64,000 nucleotides of DNA from an uncultured bacterium (GTDB lineage: Bacteria > Chlamydiota > Chlamydiia > Chlamydiales > SM23-39). Of this stretch, positions 9,264-20,465 are shown in pieces. The stretch is taken from NCBI GenBank assembly GCA_963716985.1, contig OY970323.1, positions 1,920,001-1,984,000 of the forward strand. The letters run 5' to 3'. Every line of letters begins with the position of its first letter. Position 1 is the stretch's first letter. The position numbers were made by a program, and so were the translations under genes. The notes under the pieces are model-generated. The model did no database searches, had not been told where the DNA came from, and was given only the letters and a program-made list of their open reading frames with translations.

Positions 9264-12182
9264 TCAATCCTCACTTTTTTTCTCAATCAGCATCAATCTA
9301 CTCTTCTTATCAAAATTTGCCCAGTCTGTAAATGGCTTTAATTCAGGCAGGGTCTCTTTCTCATAAGTTAGAAGAAGGAAATCAGAAAGGGGCAAAAGAA
9401 CTTGCGGCTCCATATTCTTCAAAGAAGACTTATTAAACAAAAGAATAGCATCATATTTTTCTTTTAAGCAAGCGATCATTGCACAAAATCCCCTCGAGCC
9501 TAAAACTTCTGCTCCATGAGGATATTCCTTGCCGCTCACCAGAAGGTCAAAGTTTGCATGATGCTCTATGGGACACTCTTTGATCTCGCAAGAGAGATAG
9601 TGCATAAAGCCGCATCTCCCACTCTCGTCAAAAGAGGTATCGATCAACAACACACTGCGCCCGCTCTTCGTCAAAAGATGAGCCAAAGAGTGCGCATAAT
9701 TAGGGCCTAGATTCGCAAGGATAGAAATCGTAGGACACAGCTCTTTTGCCTGCTGATTTTTTCCAAGAAAAACAACCATTTTTCGAAGGAGCTCCAAATC
9801 CCTTTCAGCGAGTCTAGATAAGGGGAGCTCTTCGCATAAATTGGAAATCCTTCCCAAGACCACAAATCCCCAATCCCTCCATCTCTCTTGAGTAACCGGA
9901 AATCCTCGCATCATGCCCTGAAGGAGCGAAGAGAGATAAGCAACAAAGACTCCCAATAGAATCGAGACGATAAGAGAGCTCATGAAAGGAACCGCTTTCG
10001 GCTGCGAAAAAGCAATGGCCGGATCGATCGCTCTTGCTCCCGCGTTCTGCAGATGCAAAAGAAGCGTCTTGTTTTCGATGCTCTCGCACAATTTTTCGAC
10101 CACCTTCAGTCCTATATTCGTTTCAAACTTCAGCTCTTTTTCCTTCTTCCACTTTTTGGGAAGATCGGACATTTCTTCTTTCAATCTCTCCAATCGCGCA
10201 AGCAGCTGCTTCTTCTCCTCTTGCAAACTCTCGATTTTTTGACCTACAAACTCCTTTCTTTGCTGGTCGAGTATGGATATTTCCTGATTCAAACGGTCCA
10301 GGATGATCCCTTGCAGAAATTGCAGCTTCTCTTCCAGCATCAAAGATTGCAATAGCTCCTTTTGGACAAGTTCCTGAATGTGATGGGAGAGAAAGGATTT
10401 GCGCACAAGGATTTCTTCTCGAAAACGCTCCCTCTCTTTTGGAGCATAATTTTTTTCATCGCAAAGGCGCAAAGAAAGCAGGCTTGCCTCCTTAATGAGA
10501 CCTTGCGTCACGCTATCCTCGAAAATCGAGGCAAGAGAGCTGATTTCAAAATGGGGGTCTAAAAACTCCTTTTGTATGCGGATGTATTCTGCTTGTTTGC
10601 ACCTGGAATTTTCTAATGCTGCGGAATACTCCTGAAACAAATTTCGAGCGCCCTCTAAGTCCAAAGAGGAGCATTCATCTAGCTTGGGGGAAGAGAATGG
10701 ATTTTCCTGGATCGTCATTTCTTCCACAGAAAGCAGATGGTAGAGATGAGAGAGGAGTCCTTGCAAATCTTCTTTCCGCACTCCTCTGCCATCCGCTCTC
10801 CAAGACTCTAAAAGCTTTTTCAGCTCGGCAAACTCAATAGTTCCATCGATCCGAGGGGTCTCTTTTTTTAATTCCTGAAGAACAAAGAGCGTCTCCTCTT
10901 TCTTTTTCCTGAGATCTTTCAAATGGCTTGTTTTGTTGTCGATCGCTTCTTTTCTTTGGAAAGGTTTCTCTTCGGCTAAAGAATTCCTCAACGACGCCCC
11001 TTCTTTTCCTGGCTCCATCGTTTGCAAAACCAGGGGAGGGCTGTCTCTTTTCTTATTCAATGCCAAATCAAGGGGATCTCTTTGTCTTTTCAACTCTTCA
11101 ATCTTTTGCGAGAAATGAACAGTCTCTTCTCCCAAAATGCTTTCCCCTTTTTCCTGAAGAAGGTTGATTTTGCAATCAAGATCGGAGAGTTTTTCTAAAT
11201 ATCTTTGCTGCAAAGAGAGATAACTTTTGGTTTCATTTTGAAGATCGACAAATCCCTTGGCCCCTAAATTTTTCTCCAAATAATCCACCTGCTTGCCAAG
11301 CGTCTTTTCCAGTCGAGAGGAGAGATCTTCATGTCTTTTTTCAAGATAGGCAATCTGCTCTTGCACCACCTTTTCGCTCTCCTCTTTTAAATAGCTTTCA
11401 TACTCCTTCATGATCTGATTGAGAATGCTGATTGCCGCATTGCGATTGGGATGGGAAAGGGTCAAGCGCACAAAGGAAGCGTTGTTTTTATCGGCGGCAA
11501 GCGAAATGTTTTTGAGGATTTGCCGGACTGCGTCTAGCCATGGGACCAACACAATGGAATACTTCTTGTGAAGAGAGATTTTTTTAGGGATCGACTCGAG
11601 CGTGAATCGAAAAGAGCCAAGGCAAACTTCTTCTCCCACACTTCCCGCGCCAACTTGCCGTCCCTTGCAATTGAACACAAGAAAGCTTTTCAAAGAATCG
11701 AACTGAAGAAAATATTTTTCTTTGCTTTCTAAAAGAAAAGAGACGCCGGAAAAAGAAAATGCCTCCTCCCTATCTTCTAAGAATCTATTCGGCACGGGGC
11801 GGAAATAGAGCCGCCAATTCCTTTGATAGCGAGAAAGCACCCCCTCCTCTCTTTGCACCTGAAGACCTAATCTTTCGACCACTCGCTTGAGAATCTGCTT
11901 GCTCTTCATTAAGGTAATCGCCTGCAGCTCCTCTTTAGAAAAATCCATGCCGGAGGGAAGCAGGTTCTCTATAAAACTTGAGACGGTTTTATTTTTATCG
12001 AAGGACTCTTTGAAGAGCGCTTCTGCTTTATAAAGCGGAGGGAACGCTCCCAAAGAGGCAAGAAAAACAAGAGCAAAGAGAGAGCCAAAAAGAAGAGCTC
12101 TTTTTTTGGAAGACCGTACTAAATGCAAAAGATCGGAAAAATAAAAAGCATAATATTCCTGAGGATCAACAATGGGGGTCAT
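9264..12182 (-). CDS. Wzc-like polysaccharide co-polymerase with degenerate kinase domain
   Basis: Two TM segments flanking a large coiled-coil region; C-terminal VLLID; ATGA overlap with upstream wza-like gene. Confidence 0.75.
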   Translation of the reverse strand: MTPIVDPQEYYAFYFSDLLHLVRSSKKRALLFGSLFALVFLASLGAFPPLYKAEALFKESFDKNKTVSSFIENLLPSGMDFSKEELQAITLMKSKQILKRVVERLGLQVQREEGVLSRYQRNWRLYFRPVPNRFLEDREEAFSFSGVSFLLESKEKYFLQFDSLKSFLVFNCKGRQVGAGSVGEEVCLGSFRFTLESIPKKISLHKKYSIVLVPWLDAVRQILKNISLAADKNNASFVRLTLSHPNRNAAISILNQIMKEYESYLKEESEKVVQEQIAYLEKRHEDLSSRLEKTLGKQVDYLEKNLGAKGFVDLQNETKSYLSLQQRYLEKLSDLDCKINLLQEKGESILGEETVHFSQKIEELKRQRDPLDLALNKKRDSPPLVLQTMEPGKEGASLRNSLAEEKPFQRKEAIDNKTSHLKDLRKKKEETLFVLQELKKETPRIDGTIEFAELKKLLESWRADGRGVRKEDLQGLLSHLYHLLSVEEMTIQENPFSSPKLDECSSLDLEGARNLFQEYSAALENSRCKQAEYIRIQKEFLDPHFEISSLASIFEDSVTQGLIKEASLLSLRLCDEKNYAPKERERFREEILVRKSFLSHHIQELVQKELLQSLMLEEKLQFLQGIILDRLNQEISILDQQRKEFVGQKIESLQEEKKQLLARLERLKEEMSDLPKKWKKEKELKFETNIGLKVVEKLCESIENKTLLLHLQNAGARAIDPAIAFSQPKAVPFMSSLIVSILLGVFVAYLSSLLQGMMRGFPVTQERWRDWGFVVLGRISNLCEELPLSRLAERDLELLRKMVVFLGKNQQAKELCPTISILANLGPNYAHSLAHLLTKSGRSVLLIDTSFDESGRCGFMHYLSCEIKECPIEHHANFDLLVSGKEYPHGAEVLGSRGFCAMIACLKEKYDAILLFNKSSLKNMEPQVLLPLSDFLLLTYEKETLPELKPFTDWANFDKKSRLMLIEKKSED

Positions 12183-13228
12183 GGAACTAAAACCCCTACA
12201 CTGCCCGCCCCCTTGCTTGCAATCTCCAGGCCTGAAAAAGAGGGAAGAAGCTGCGAAATAAACCGATTCCATTCCGTGATTGGCTTGGACGCAACATAGA
12301 CGATATCGCCCGGCATCAAAAGAAGGCTGTCGTTCGGAAGGTGGAGGACATGCTCCCAGCTCAGCTGATAAATCTTCGGCCTTTGAATACTTCCGCGAAT
12401 CACAAAAATACAGCTCTTGTCTCCGGTGTAGGGAATTCCTCTGGCTTCAGCAAGGGCTTCCCGCAGAGAAATTCTTCCGCTGGGCAGGGCCACCGACCTC
12501 TCGACGCCCACCTCTCCCATGATCATCACGGTAGCCGCATGGTGCTCTGCTATATATATTTTGTCGCCGCCTCTCATCACGATGTTCTGCGACATATCCC
12601 CTTCTTTGAGAAGCTTGCAAAGGTCCACGGGAACCATTTGCCCCTCTCGGACCACATAGCTTTTGAAGAGGTTCGCCTCCGCCGGAATTTTCGCAATTGC
12701 AATTGCATCAAAAAGGCGAATCTTCCCATCCACGGGAATGTGGCTCACCCCCACCTGTCCCGCCAGTTCGATTTTTTTCACCTTTCTCTCGCGAAAGTTC
12801 ACAAAAACTTCCACGTTGGAGATGAGCGAGCCGTACTCTTTTTGGATTTTTAAAGCTGCCTCTTTGAGCGTAAGCCCCCCCACGAACACAGGAGAAAGAT
12901 CGGGTAGGCAAACCTCTCCGCCCACCACGCGATAGCCCACCTCTTTTCCAATCGTTTGAACGGCGAGGACAAGATCGGCCCTCGTCGGATGAAAAAGAGC
13001 AATCTGCAACACATCTTCTTCGTGAATGGTATCTTTATACTCCTCCAAAAGTCCGGGATCGAGCTCGGAAAAAGATTTGCCTTCCATCTCCAAAATAGAA
13101 AATTTTCCCTCTCGAATCTTGTAAGAATCCATGACAAATTCATCGGCGCCAAATCGATCTTTTCCATAGTAGGTGGAAGAACAGCCAAAAAGAAAAAAAA
13201 CCGGAGCTAGTAAAAAAATAATTCGCAT
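12179..13228 (-). CDS. wza: Polysaccharide export lipoprotein (Wza family)
   Basis: Lipobox LFGC; VGGLTL..A; PGDIVYV...PITEWNRFISQLLP. Confidence 0.88.
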   Translation of the reverse strand: MRIIFLLAPVFFLFGCSSTYYGKDRFGADEFVMDSYKIREGKFSILEMEGKSFSELDPGLLEEYKDTIHEEDVLQIALFHPTRADLVLAVQTIGKEVGYRVVGGEVCLPDLSPVFVGGLTLKEAALKIQKEYGSLISNVEVFVNFRERKVKKIELAGQVGVSHIPVDGKIRLFDAIAIAKIPAEANLFKSYVVREGQMVPVDLCKLLKEGDMSQNIVMRGGDKIYIAEHHAATVMIMGEVGVERSVALPSGRISLREALAEARGIPYTGDKSCIFVIRGSIQRPKIYQLSWEHVLHLPNDSLLLMPGDIVYVASKPITEWNRFISQLLPSFSGLEIASKGAGSVGVLVP

Positions 13229-13303
13229 AATCCCTCTTTTAGAAGATCCTTTTCAGGATTGCAATTTTCTTGTATAACATATAGCTTCTTTTAAGAGAAA
13301 AGT

Positions 13304-14260
13304 ATGAGAAAAGTATTCGTCACCGGAGCTGCCGGATTCATTGGTTATCACTTAAGTCTTTTTCTGAAAAAGAGAAACGACCAGGTGATCGGCTTGGATA
13401 ATTTTAATGCCTATTACGATCCCCATCTCAAAAAGAATCGCGCCCACATTTTAGAAAAAGCGGGAATACCCATTATCTCCGGAGATATCAACGATCAAAA
13501 GCTGCTCCTCTCGATATTCGAGAAAGAAAAAATCACCCACTGCGTTCATCTCGCCGCACAAGCAGGCGTTCGCCATTCGATGATCGAGCCGAATGAATAT
13601 GTCCGCTCCAATCTGGCAGGTTTTGTCTCTCTTTTAGAAGTTTGCCGTCTCTTTCCCCATGTGCGCACCATATTTGCTTCCTCCTCCTCCGTCTATGGGC
13701 TCAACGAAAAGGTTCCTTTCAGCACCGAAGATCCCACCGAAAAACCCACCAATCTCTATGGAGCTACAAAAAAAGCCAACGAACTCATCGCCCATGCCTA
13801 CCACCACCTCTACAAAATACCTCTGATCGGCCTTCGCTATTTTACCGTTTACGGCCCTTGGGGACGCCCCGACATGGCCTATTTTCTATTCACCCGCAAT
13901 ATCCTTGAGGGCAAACCGATTCCGGTATTCAACTTCGGGAAGATGAAACGAGATTTTACCTACATTGACGACATCATCCGGGGCACTGCAGCCGCCCTTG
14001 ACACTCCTACAGACTTTGCCCTATTCAATCTGGGCAACAATAAGCCCGTCGCTCTTTTAGAATTCATTACGGAGTTAGAAAACGCTCTTGGCAAAAAAGC
14101 AGATAAGGAAATGTTGCCCATGCAAAAAGGAGATGTCTTAGAGACCTGCGCCGACATCTCGAAGAGTCAAAAAGAGCTCCATTTTTCTCCTTCCATTCCC
14201 TTAAAAGAAGGGATCCGTCATTTCGTCGACTGGTATCGCGATTATTACAAGGTTCTATGA
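13304..14260 (+). CDS. UDP-glucuronate 4-epimerase
   Basis: HLAAQAGVR, YGATKKANE and VYGPWGRPDMA motifs. Confidence 0.92.
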   Translation: MRKVFVTGAAGFIGYHLSLFLKKRNDQVIGLDNFNAYYDPHLKKNRAHILEKAGIPIISGDINDQKLLLSIFEKEKITHCVHLAAQAGVRHSMIEPNEYVRSNLAGFVSLLEVCRLFPHVRTIFASSSSVYGLNEKVPFSTEDPTEKPTNLYGATKKANELIAHAYHHLYKIPLIGLRYFTVYGPWGRPDMAYFLFTRNILEGKPIPVFNFGKMKRDFTYIDDIIRGTAAALDTPTDFALFNLGNNKPVALLEFITELENALGKKADKEMLPMQKGDVLETCADISKSQKELHFSPSIPLKEGIRHFVDWYRDYYKVL

Positions 14261-14299
14261 TTTCATATCATACAACCACTTCACAAAGGAAATAATCTT

Positions 14300-14900
14300 A
14301 TGCCATCTATCTCCTCATTTTTTTCAGAAATTTCGGGATCAAAAAGTTCTTATGAAAAATATGATAAAGCGCAAAAAATAAAATCTCGCACCACTGCCCT
14401 AATGGTTGCTCTGCTCGCGATTCCTATCATTACAACATCCATTCCGATACAACTATGCAGTTCCCTATCACTTGTTTTGTTGGCGTTATTTTCAACACGC
14501 CTCTTTCCCGTGGATTGGAAAAAAATAGGCATTGTTGGAGGGAGCACGATTTTGGCTGGAATGGGGATTGCAATTTTAGAGGGAATAACATCCGCTTTAT
14601 GCACTGTGGGAACTGTTTCTATGATTGCCTCCATCTTTTTTGATGCATGGCATGACAGCTCCAATATCCAAAAAAAAGAAATGGTCTACCACTCAACACT
14701 CATAAGAAGAACCATCGTATCGGTTAGCCTCGGCCTCTTGGGATTAGGCTCTCTCGCAGTAGTTTCTTTTAAAAACGCAATATTGCGCACAAAATACGCT
14801 ATCCTGTTCCCTTTTAAACGGGTCGACAGCCATCTTGGGGATCTTCTTCTTTGCTATCCTTTGCAAGTGTAGCTTATACTGTCATCGCACATGCGAATAA
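14300..14900 (+). CDS. Multi-pass membrane protein, paralog 1 (probable frameshift near 14770)
   Basis: Similar to 15436-16002; the homologous KTQYCAQNTLSC segment lies in another frame. Confidence 0.6.
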
Positions 14901-14960
14901 GTCTCCTGCGCATCGCACGCATTAAAGTTTTCAGAAAACCACTGTAATTGCAATCCTGTT

Positions 14961-15430
14961 TTGATCGCTGCAAAGCTTGACAAAAAGAAAAAAACCTCTA
15001 AACTTTTTTCTTTTACAAAAATAATGGGGATTTTCATGGATGTAAAAGGAGTTTGTATTGTTGCCGGGTGCGGTATATTGACAGCCGCCGGAGTTGGACT
15101 CTTAGGATTCGGTTTGACATCTAGTATTTGCGCAGCTGGATCAGCTGCTGCATTTGCGAAAAGTATTTTTGATGTCTGGAATTCCAAGGATGAAAAAAAA
15201 AATTTCACAGCCATGTTTTCAAGGCAGTGGCTATTGCAGCAACAACACTTGTCTTATTGGAATTAACCAATGTCTCTCTCAACGTTAAAACTCAATCCTG
15301 TGTACAAGACACTTTAAAATGTTTCCTTGCAAAAGGAGCTGTATATACCTCAGCCACATCTGTTTTGCTATCTCTTGGTTTCTTGGCGCATAGGATGTAT
15401 ACTATCATTTCCTATAAAAGCAGGGGGTAA
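14961..15430 (+). pseudogene. Multi-pass membrane protein, paralog 2, split at an A10 run
   Basis: ORFs 14961-15266 and 15227-15430 join if the A10 at 15193-15202 gains one A; KTQSCVQDTLKC matches paralogs. Confidence 0.6.
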
Positions 15431-15435
15431 ATATC

Positions 15436-16002
15436 ATGACACCTATTTCATCAGCGCTTGCAAAGGTTTTCAGCCCCCTCTATGAAGAAAAAGAAAGGGA
15501 TATTTGGGGCAACGGTTCGGTCATTTCAGCACTAGCAATTCCAATCATAACAAAATCCATTCCGGCACAAGTTTTCAGTTCATTACTACTTTTCTTGATA
15601 GCTTTATCTTCCGCGAGAGTGTTTCCCATCAACTGGAAAAAAATTGCGATTGTGGTAGGAAGCTCTGCATTAGTAGGAACGGGTGTTGGGATTCTAGGAG
15701 GAGGATTTGTATCTGGCTTATTTGTTGCGGGATTTGTCTCGACGCTTGTAGCACCTATTTTTGATGCCTTGCACAGCAATTCAAGGGAAAAGGATCGACT
15801 CTTAGTGACATTATTAACAAGCAGCGCCCTATCGATGGGACTCGGATATTTCACCCATGTTTCATCCTACGTAAAAACTCAATTTTGCGAGCAAAATTCC
15901 CTCTGTTACTCCATTTCAAACGGGTGGACGAATCTCTTGGCGGCGGCTACTTTACTGTCTATCGCGCATGCAGCATATACTGCTTTTTTGCTGAAGAAAT
16001 AG
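15436..16002 (+). CDS. Multi-pass membrane protein, paralog 3 (intact)
   Basis: Several hydrophobic segments; AIPIITKSIP and FPINWKKI shared with paralog 1. Confidence 0.75.
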   Translation: MTPISSALAKVFSPLYEEKERDIWGNGSVISALAIPIITKSIPAQVFSSLLLFLIALSSARVFPINWKKIAIVVGSSALVGTGVGILGGGFVSGLFVAGFVSTLVAPIFDALHSNSREKDRLLVTLLTSSALSMGLGYFTHVSSYVKTQFCEQNSLCYSISNGWTNLLAAATLLSIAHAAYTAFLLKK

Positions 16003-16020
16003 CCTTTTTTCAGCAACTCT

Positions 16021-16157
16021 TTATTCTTTGTGCATCGCTTTTTTGAAAACTTTGGGCAGATTTTCGAGCAGATCGGAGGCGATCCCAGCATAAGATCTCT
16101 TTTCTATGGCAAGCATCTCTCCGCGCAATCCGTGAAGATGGCCCTCAAAAGAGCCGC
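16021..16157 (-). repeat. Diverged duplicate of the nnr 3' end
   Basis: First 64 bp match 24717 onward with one mismatch, then weaker similarity to about 24854. Confidence 0.85.
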
Positions 16158-16316
16158 CGGGTGCGCTCCCCTCAAAACAAAGATCATTGTAGCACCTTTG
16201 ATGGACAATGCTTTCACAGAACCATTATTAATCTATTGGCAATTTTTTTTCTTAATGATACATAGATAAAATAGCACGAAAGCAGCTCTTTGGCTTGTAA
16301 AATTAAGGAAAATATT

Positions 16317-19300
16317 GTGAAAAAGATCTTCTTTTTCTTAATGGGGATTTTTCCAATCTTTACCTTTTCCGCCGTCTCTTCCACCTGGTCCGACACAACG
16401 GGAAGCTGGTCGATTCCGGCGAATTGGACTCCGCCTTCAGTCCCCCAGAGCACGGGAGACACGGCCGCATTCCCTGTTTCCGTAGCACTTCAAACCATTA
16501 CCGTAGATATTCCGCTGTCCATCGGAACTTTCAATGTAAATGACGGCTACAACTTTTCGTTTGGGGGCAGCGGCTCTTTTAATTTTAACACTCTGCCGAG
16601 CTCCACCATAACCATCAATACAGTCAATAATAGCGCATCATTTGCCAGTAATCTTCCCATCCAAATATCTGCCTTAACACAATTCACTATATCCACGAGC
16701 AACCTTTCTTATTCCACTCAGATTGCAGGCAGTATTACTGGCGGAGCGACACTCAGCTCTATGATAAGCAATGGCACAGGATCGCTCACTATGAGTGGAA
16801 TGATCTCCAATGGAGTAGGAGCTTTGAGTATTACCCAAAGTGGCACAGGAACGCTCACCTTATCAAATAATAATACTTTTTCGGGCGGAACAACCGTGAG
16901 TGCGGGAAAGCTTGTGATTGGAAATGCAAGCAGTCTTGGCACCGGCACTTTTACCATAAATGGAGGAACTTTTGACCTGAATGGTTTGCAACCGGTACTT
17001 CGTAATCTTACCGGTTCGGGAGGCACGATTAATTCTAGCGTTGCAGGGGCCATATTGAATATAAATAATAGTACTCCTACAAGCTATTCCGGAACGATCA
17101 CAAGTGACCTATCCCTTGTTTTGCAAGCAGGTATTCTTACTCTTTCCGGATCTAATAGCTATACAGGAAGCACCACGATCACAGCAGGAACACTAAAGGA
17201 TGGGACGGACAATGCTGTCAGCACAGGATCTGCCCTTATCATGAACAATGGAACGCTTGACCTGAATGGGCATAATCAGACATTTTCCTCACTTTCAGGG
17301 CCCGCCGGCAATATTACTTCCTCTTCGCCGGGCGTCTGCACATTGACAATCAACGGACCTGCTGTCACAAATTATTCCGGAACGATCACAAATGGATCGG
17401 GCACGATCGCTCTGATAAAAAATGGCACCGGAACACAGACTCTTTCCGGATCTAATAGCTATACCGGAAGCACTACGATCATAGCGGGAACACTACAGGA
17501 CGGGGCAGACAATGCTGTCAGCACAGGATCTCTTATCATGAACAATGGAACGCTTGACCTGAATGGGCATAATCAGACGTTTTCCTCACTTTCAGGGCCC
17601 GCCGGCAATATTACTTCCTCTTCGCCGGGCGTCTGCACATTGACAATCAACGGACCTGCTGTCACAAATTATGCCGGAACGATCACAAATGGATCGGGCA
17701 CGATCGCTCTGATAAAAAATGGCACCGGAACACAGACTCTTTCCGGCGTAAATTCGATAGGAACGGCACTAGTGGCAGGCGGCTTTCTTGTCATCAACAA
17801 TTCGTTTACCTGCCCTGGCGGTCTTACGGTGAATGCCGGCAGTACGCTTAAAGGCTCTGGCCCTATCATTGCAGGCATTGGACTCAGCGGCGTGAATATC
17901 AGCGGCATTCTTGCTCCGGGGAACAGTATAGGAACCATAAATATTACAGGAGACTTAACTTTTAACTCGGGATCCGAGCTCCAAAATGAAATCAATCCCA
18001 CAACAAGTGATCAGGTCAACGTTTCCGGAAACTTGACCATCAATCCAAACTCTTCTTTGGTTATTGTCGCAGATTCCGGCTTTTACTCTTCCACCACCTA
18101 TCTGATTGCAACAGCAAATTCTCTTTCAGGAACTTTTTCTACGGTGACGCTTCCTTCTTTTGTTCTGGCAGCCCCTCTCTTTTTTCATATGAATCTCATC
18201 TATTCCTCAAATCAAATTTTATTAAATTTGCAGCGGACCCCATTCGCAGATTTTTTCCCTAGCGGAAATGCCGGAGCTGTTGCCAGCTGTTTAGATAGTC
18301 TAGCTCCAACCGCAACAGATGATTTGGCCGACGTGATCAATTCTATTCTTTCGCTCAACACCATCGATCAAGTGGGACAAGCTCTGTTTCAGCTACAACC
18401 GTCTCTATTTACCGCCCTTGCTGTGGTCCAGGAAAATAACACGATTTTTATGCGCAATATCCTTTCCCATCACATGGAGGATTTTTTTCGCTGCTGCAAC
18501 AAAAAGGAAGGGATCACTCTTTGGGTAACACCCCTAGGAGCTTCCGTCCAACAAAAACGACATAAGCAAGAGGCTGGTTATTGTGCGAATACAGCAGGAT
18601 TTTTTTTGGGATTCGACAACTATTTCAACGAAGCCTCCTCTGCCGGTATTGGAATTGGTTATGATAGGAACCATTTGCATTGGCACCAAAAAGGAAGTTT
18701 TGCCGATACCGACTCCGTCTATTTTACTCTTTATGGGCAATGGGGAGTACCTCATGCTTATCTAGAGGGAGGAATGATTGGCGGATATAACTCTTATAAA
18801 ACGAATCGTCATATCCAATTTGGACCCAACATTGATCGACATGCGAAAGGAGATCACGCGGGTGCTGAAGGAGCCGGTTATCTGCAATTGGGAGTCATAA
18901 TCACAAATAGTTCTCGTTGGTTTCTTTGCCCCTTTGCTACTGTCGATTATTTGTATATTCGCGAGTTTGTGTTTAAAGAAAAAGGAGCCCAAAGCCTGAA
19001 TTTGCATATCGATGAAAAAAGTTCCGACCTTTTATCAACTGAGGGAGGATTGGATTTTAGGTATTGCGCCCAAAAGAATCACCATGCATTCAAACCCTAT
19101 CTACAGCTCAGCATCATTCGAGAAAATCGTTTCTTCGGAGAGCATGAAGATGCCCGGCTTTACGACTCCTGTCCTATGAATATTACCGGATATTATCCTT
19201 CTAGAACCTTAAGAGGAGTTTCTCTCGGGATGAATTGGACAGCTCCTCGGGGAGAGATCACTTTTTCCTATCAAGGAGCATTTCATTCTCATTACAAAAA

Positions 19301-19382
19301 CAACTCAGTCTATTTAGAGTTCACGCTCTATGGTCCCAAATATCAACCTCCACAAAGAAGCCATTACTACCGCAATCGCTAA
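16317..19382 (+). CDS. Autotransporter with passenger-associated repeats and C-terminal beta-barrel
   Basis: Signal peptide; repeated GTGTLTLS..NTFSGGTTVSAGKL; LAPGNSIGTINITG; aromatic-rich beta domain. Confidence 0.88.
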   Translation: MKKIFFFLMGIFPIFTFSAVSSTWSDTTGSWSIPANWTPPSVPQSTGDTAAFPVSVALQTITVDIPLSIGTFNVNDGYNFSFGGSGSFNFNTLPSSTITINTVNNSASFASNLPIQISALTQFTISTSNLSYSTQIAGSITGGATLSSMISNGTGSLTMSGMISNGVGALSITQSGTGTLTLSNNNTFSGGTTVSAGKLVIGNASSLGTGTFTINGGTFDLNGLQPVLRNLTGSGGTINSSVAGAILNINNSTPTSYSGTITSDLSLVLQAGILTLSGSNSYTGSTTITAGTLKDGTDNAVSTGSALIMNNGTLDLNGHNQTFSSLSGPAGNITSSSPGVCTLTINGPAVTNYSGTITNGSGTIALIKNGTGTQTLSGSNSYTGSTTIIAGTLQDGADNAVSTGSLIMNNGTLDLNGHNQTFSSLSGPAGNITSSSPGVCTLTINGPAVTNYAGTITNGSGTIALIKNGTGTQTLSGVNSIGTALVAGGFLVINNSFTCPGGLTVNAGSTLKGSGPIIAGIGLSGVNISGILAPGNSIGTINITGDLTFNSGSELQNEINPTTSDQVNVSGNLTINPNSSLVIVADSGFYSSTTYLIATANSLSGTFSTVTLPSFVLAAPLFFHMNLIYSSNQILLNLQRTPFADFFPSGNAGAVASCLDSLAPTATDDLADVINSILSLNTIDQVGQALFQLQPSLFTALAVVQENNTIFMRNILSHHMEDFFRCCNKKEGITLWVTPLGASVQQKRHKQEAGYCANTAGFFLGFDNYFNEASSAGIGIGYDRNHLHWHQKGSFADTDSVYFTLYGQWGVPHAYLEGGMIGGYNSYKTNRHIQFGPNIDRHAKGDHAGAEGAGYLQLGVIITNSSRWFLCPFATVDYLYIREFVFKEKGAQSLNLHIDEKSSDLLSTEGGLDFRYCAQKNHHAFKPYLQLSIIRENRFFGEHEDARLYDSCPMNITGYYPSRTLRGVSLGMNWTAPRGEITFSYQGAFHSHYKNNSVYLEFTLYGPKYQPPQRSHYYRNR
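17139..17747 (+). repeat. Near-identical tandem duplication (about 300 bp x2) within the autotransporter passenger
   Basis: ACTCTTTCCGGATCTAATAGCTATAC at 17139 and 17439; second unit is one codon shorter. Confidence 0.9.
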
Positions 19383-20465
19383 AAATTGCATCGGTCCTTG
19401 GACGCATTCAAAAGTTTTGACTGGCAAATATTCCAATAAAAAATAAAATTTACTGTTTTCAAATTGTCAATGGAGTTCACATATGGATCATCAAGAGGAC
19501 GCTCTGACACTACCTAATGATTTTTCGATTTGAACTGTTTCCATTTTGGAAACAGTTGCCTCTTGACTTACAGAACAAGTGAAAGAGCCCAACGATGCTT
19601 GACTTAAAGAATCCAGGAGAATGGGGGCGACTGGACGAATTCAAAACTGTTGACTGGGTAAAGTTAAAAAAAACTTATGGTTGTTTTTTCCAATCCAGCA
19701 ATAATTCATTTTCTTTAACGTGTTCCAGACCCACCTGAAGCTTTATATTGCCTCGAGTAGCATCCCATTGCAAAGTCGACAAAACAGTCTCGGCAAGAGG
19801 GCGAAATATCAACCCTGCTTCAATAGCTTTTTGAGAGCTGATGCTAAAAAAACCAGGCATCTGATCTTTGTTAGAAATCCAGAGAGGTAATTCAACCCAA
19901 CTCTTTACACCTTTTTTTAGCAAAAAATCATCACTCACCCAAATGATATGGGCTTTATGACGACTTGCTTTTTCACATTCTTGGAGCAAACATTCCAAAC
20001 TTATAGGTGCGCCTGTGGCATTGTAGATACCCGTTGATCTCTTTTCTACCATCCGAACAATCCACTTTGAAAGATCGCGCACATCGATAAATTGCACTAA
20101 TTGATTAGCCGGAGCCAACACTTCGCCCCCTTCTGCAATGCGTCTTACCCAGTAAGTGAAACGATCAGTCGGATCGTAAGGACCTACAATGAGACCTGGT
20201 CTTATGATCAACGATTTTTTAGGAAAGTAACGGTGAATAACGGCTTCGCATGCTCCTTTTAGTGGACCATAAGTCTTGTCTGTGATTATCTCATTTTTAG
20301 GATCTTCTAAGTCGGCGAGAGGATAATTTTCATCAATATCGCATTCAGAGAAGTCTTTATAAACACTGATTGACGAAATGAATACGTATGAGTTAACAGA
20401 ATCGGATAAAATTTTGGCAGACTTTTCAACAATCCGAGGAAGATAACCAGATGTGTCGATCACAG

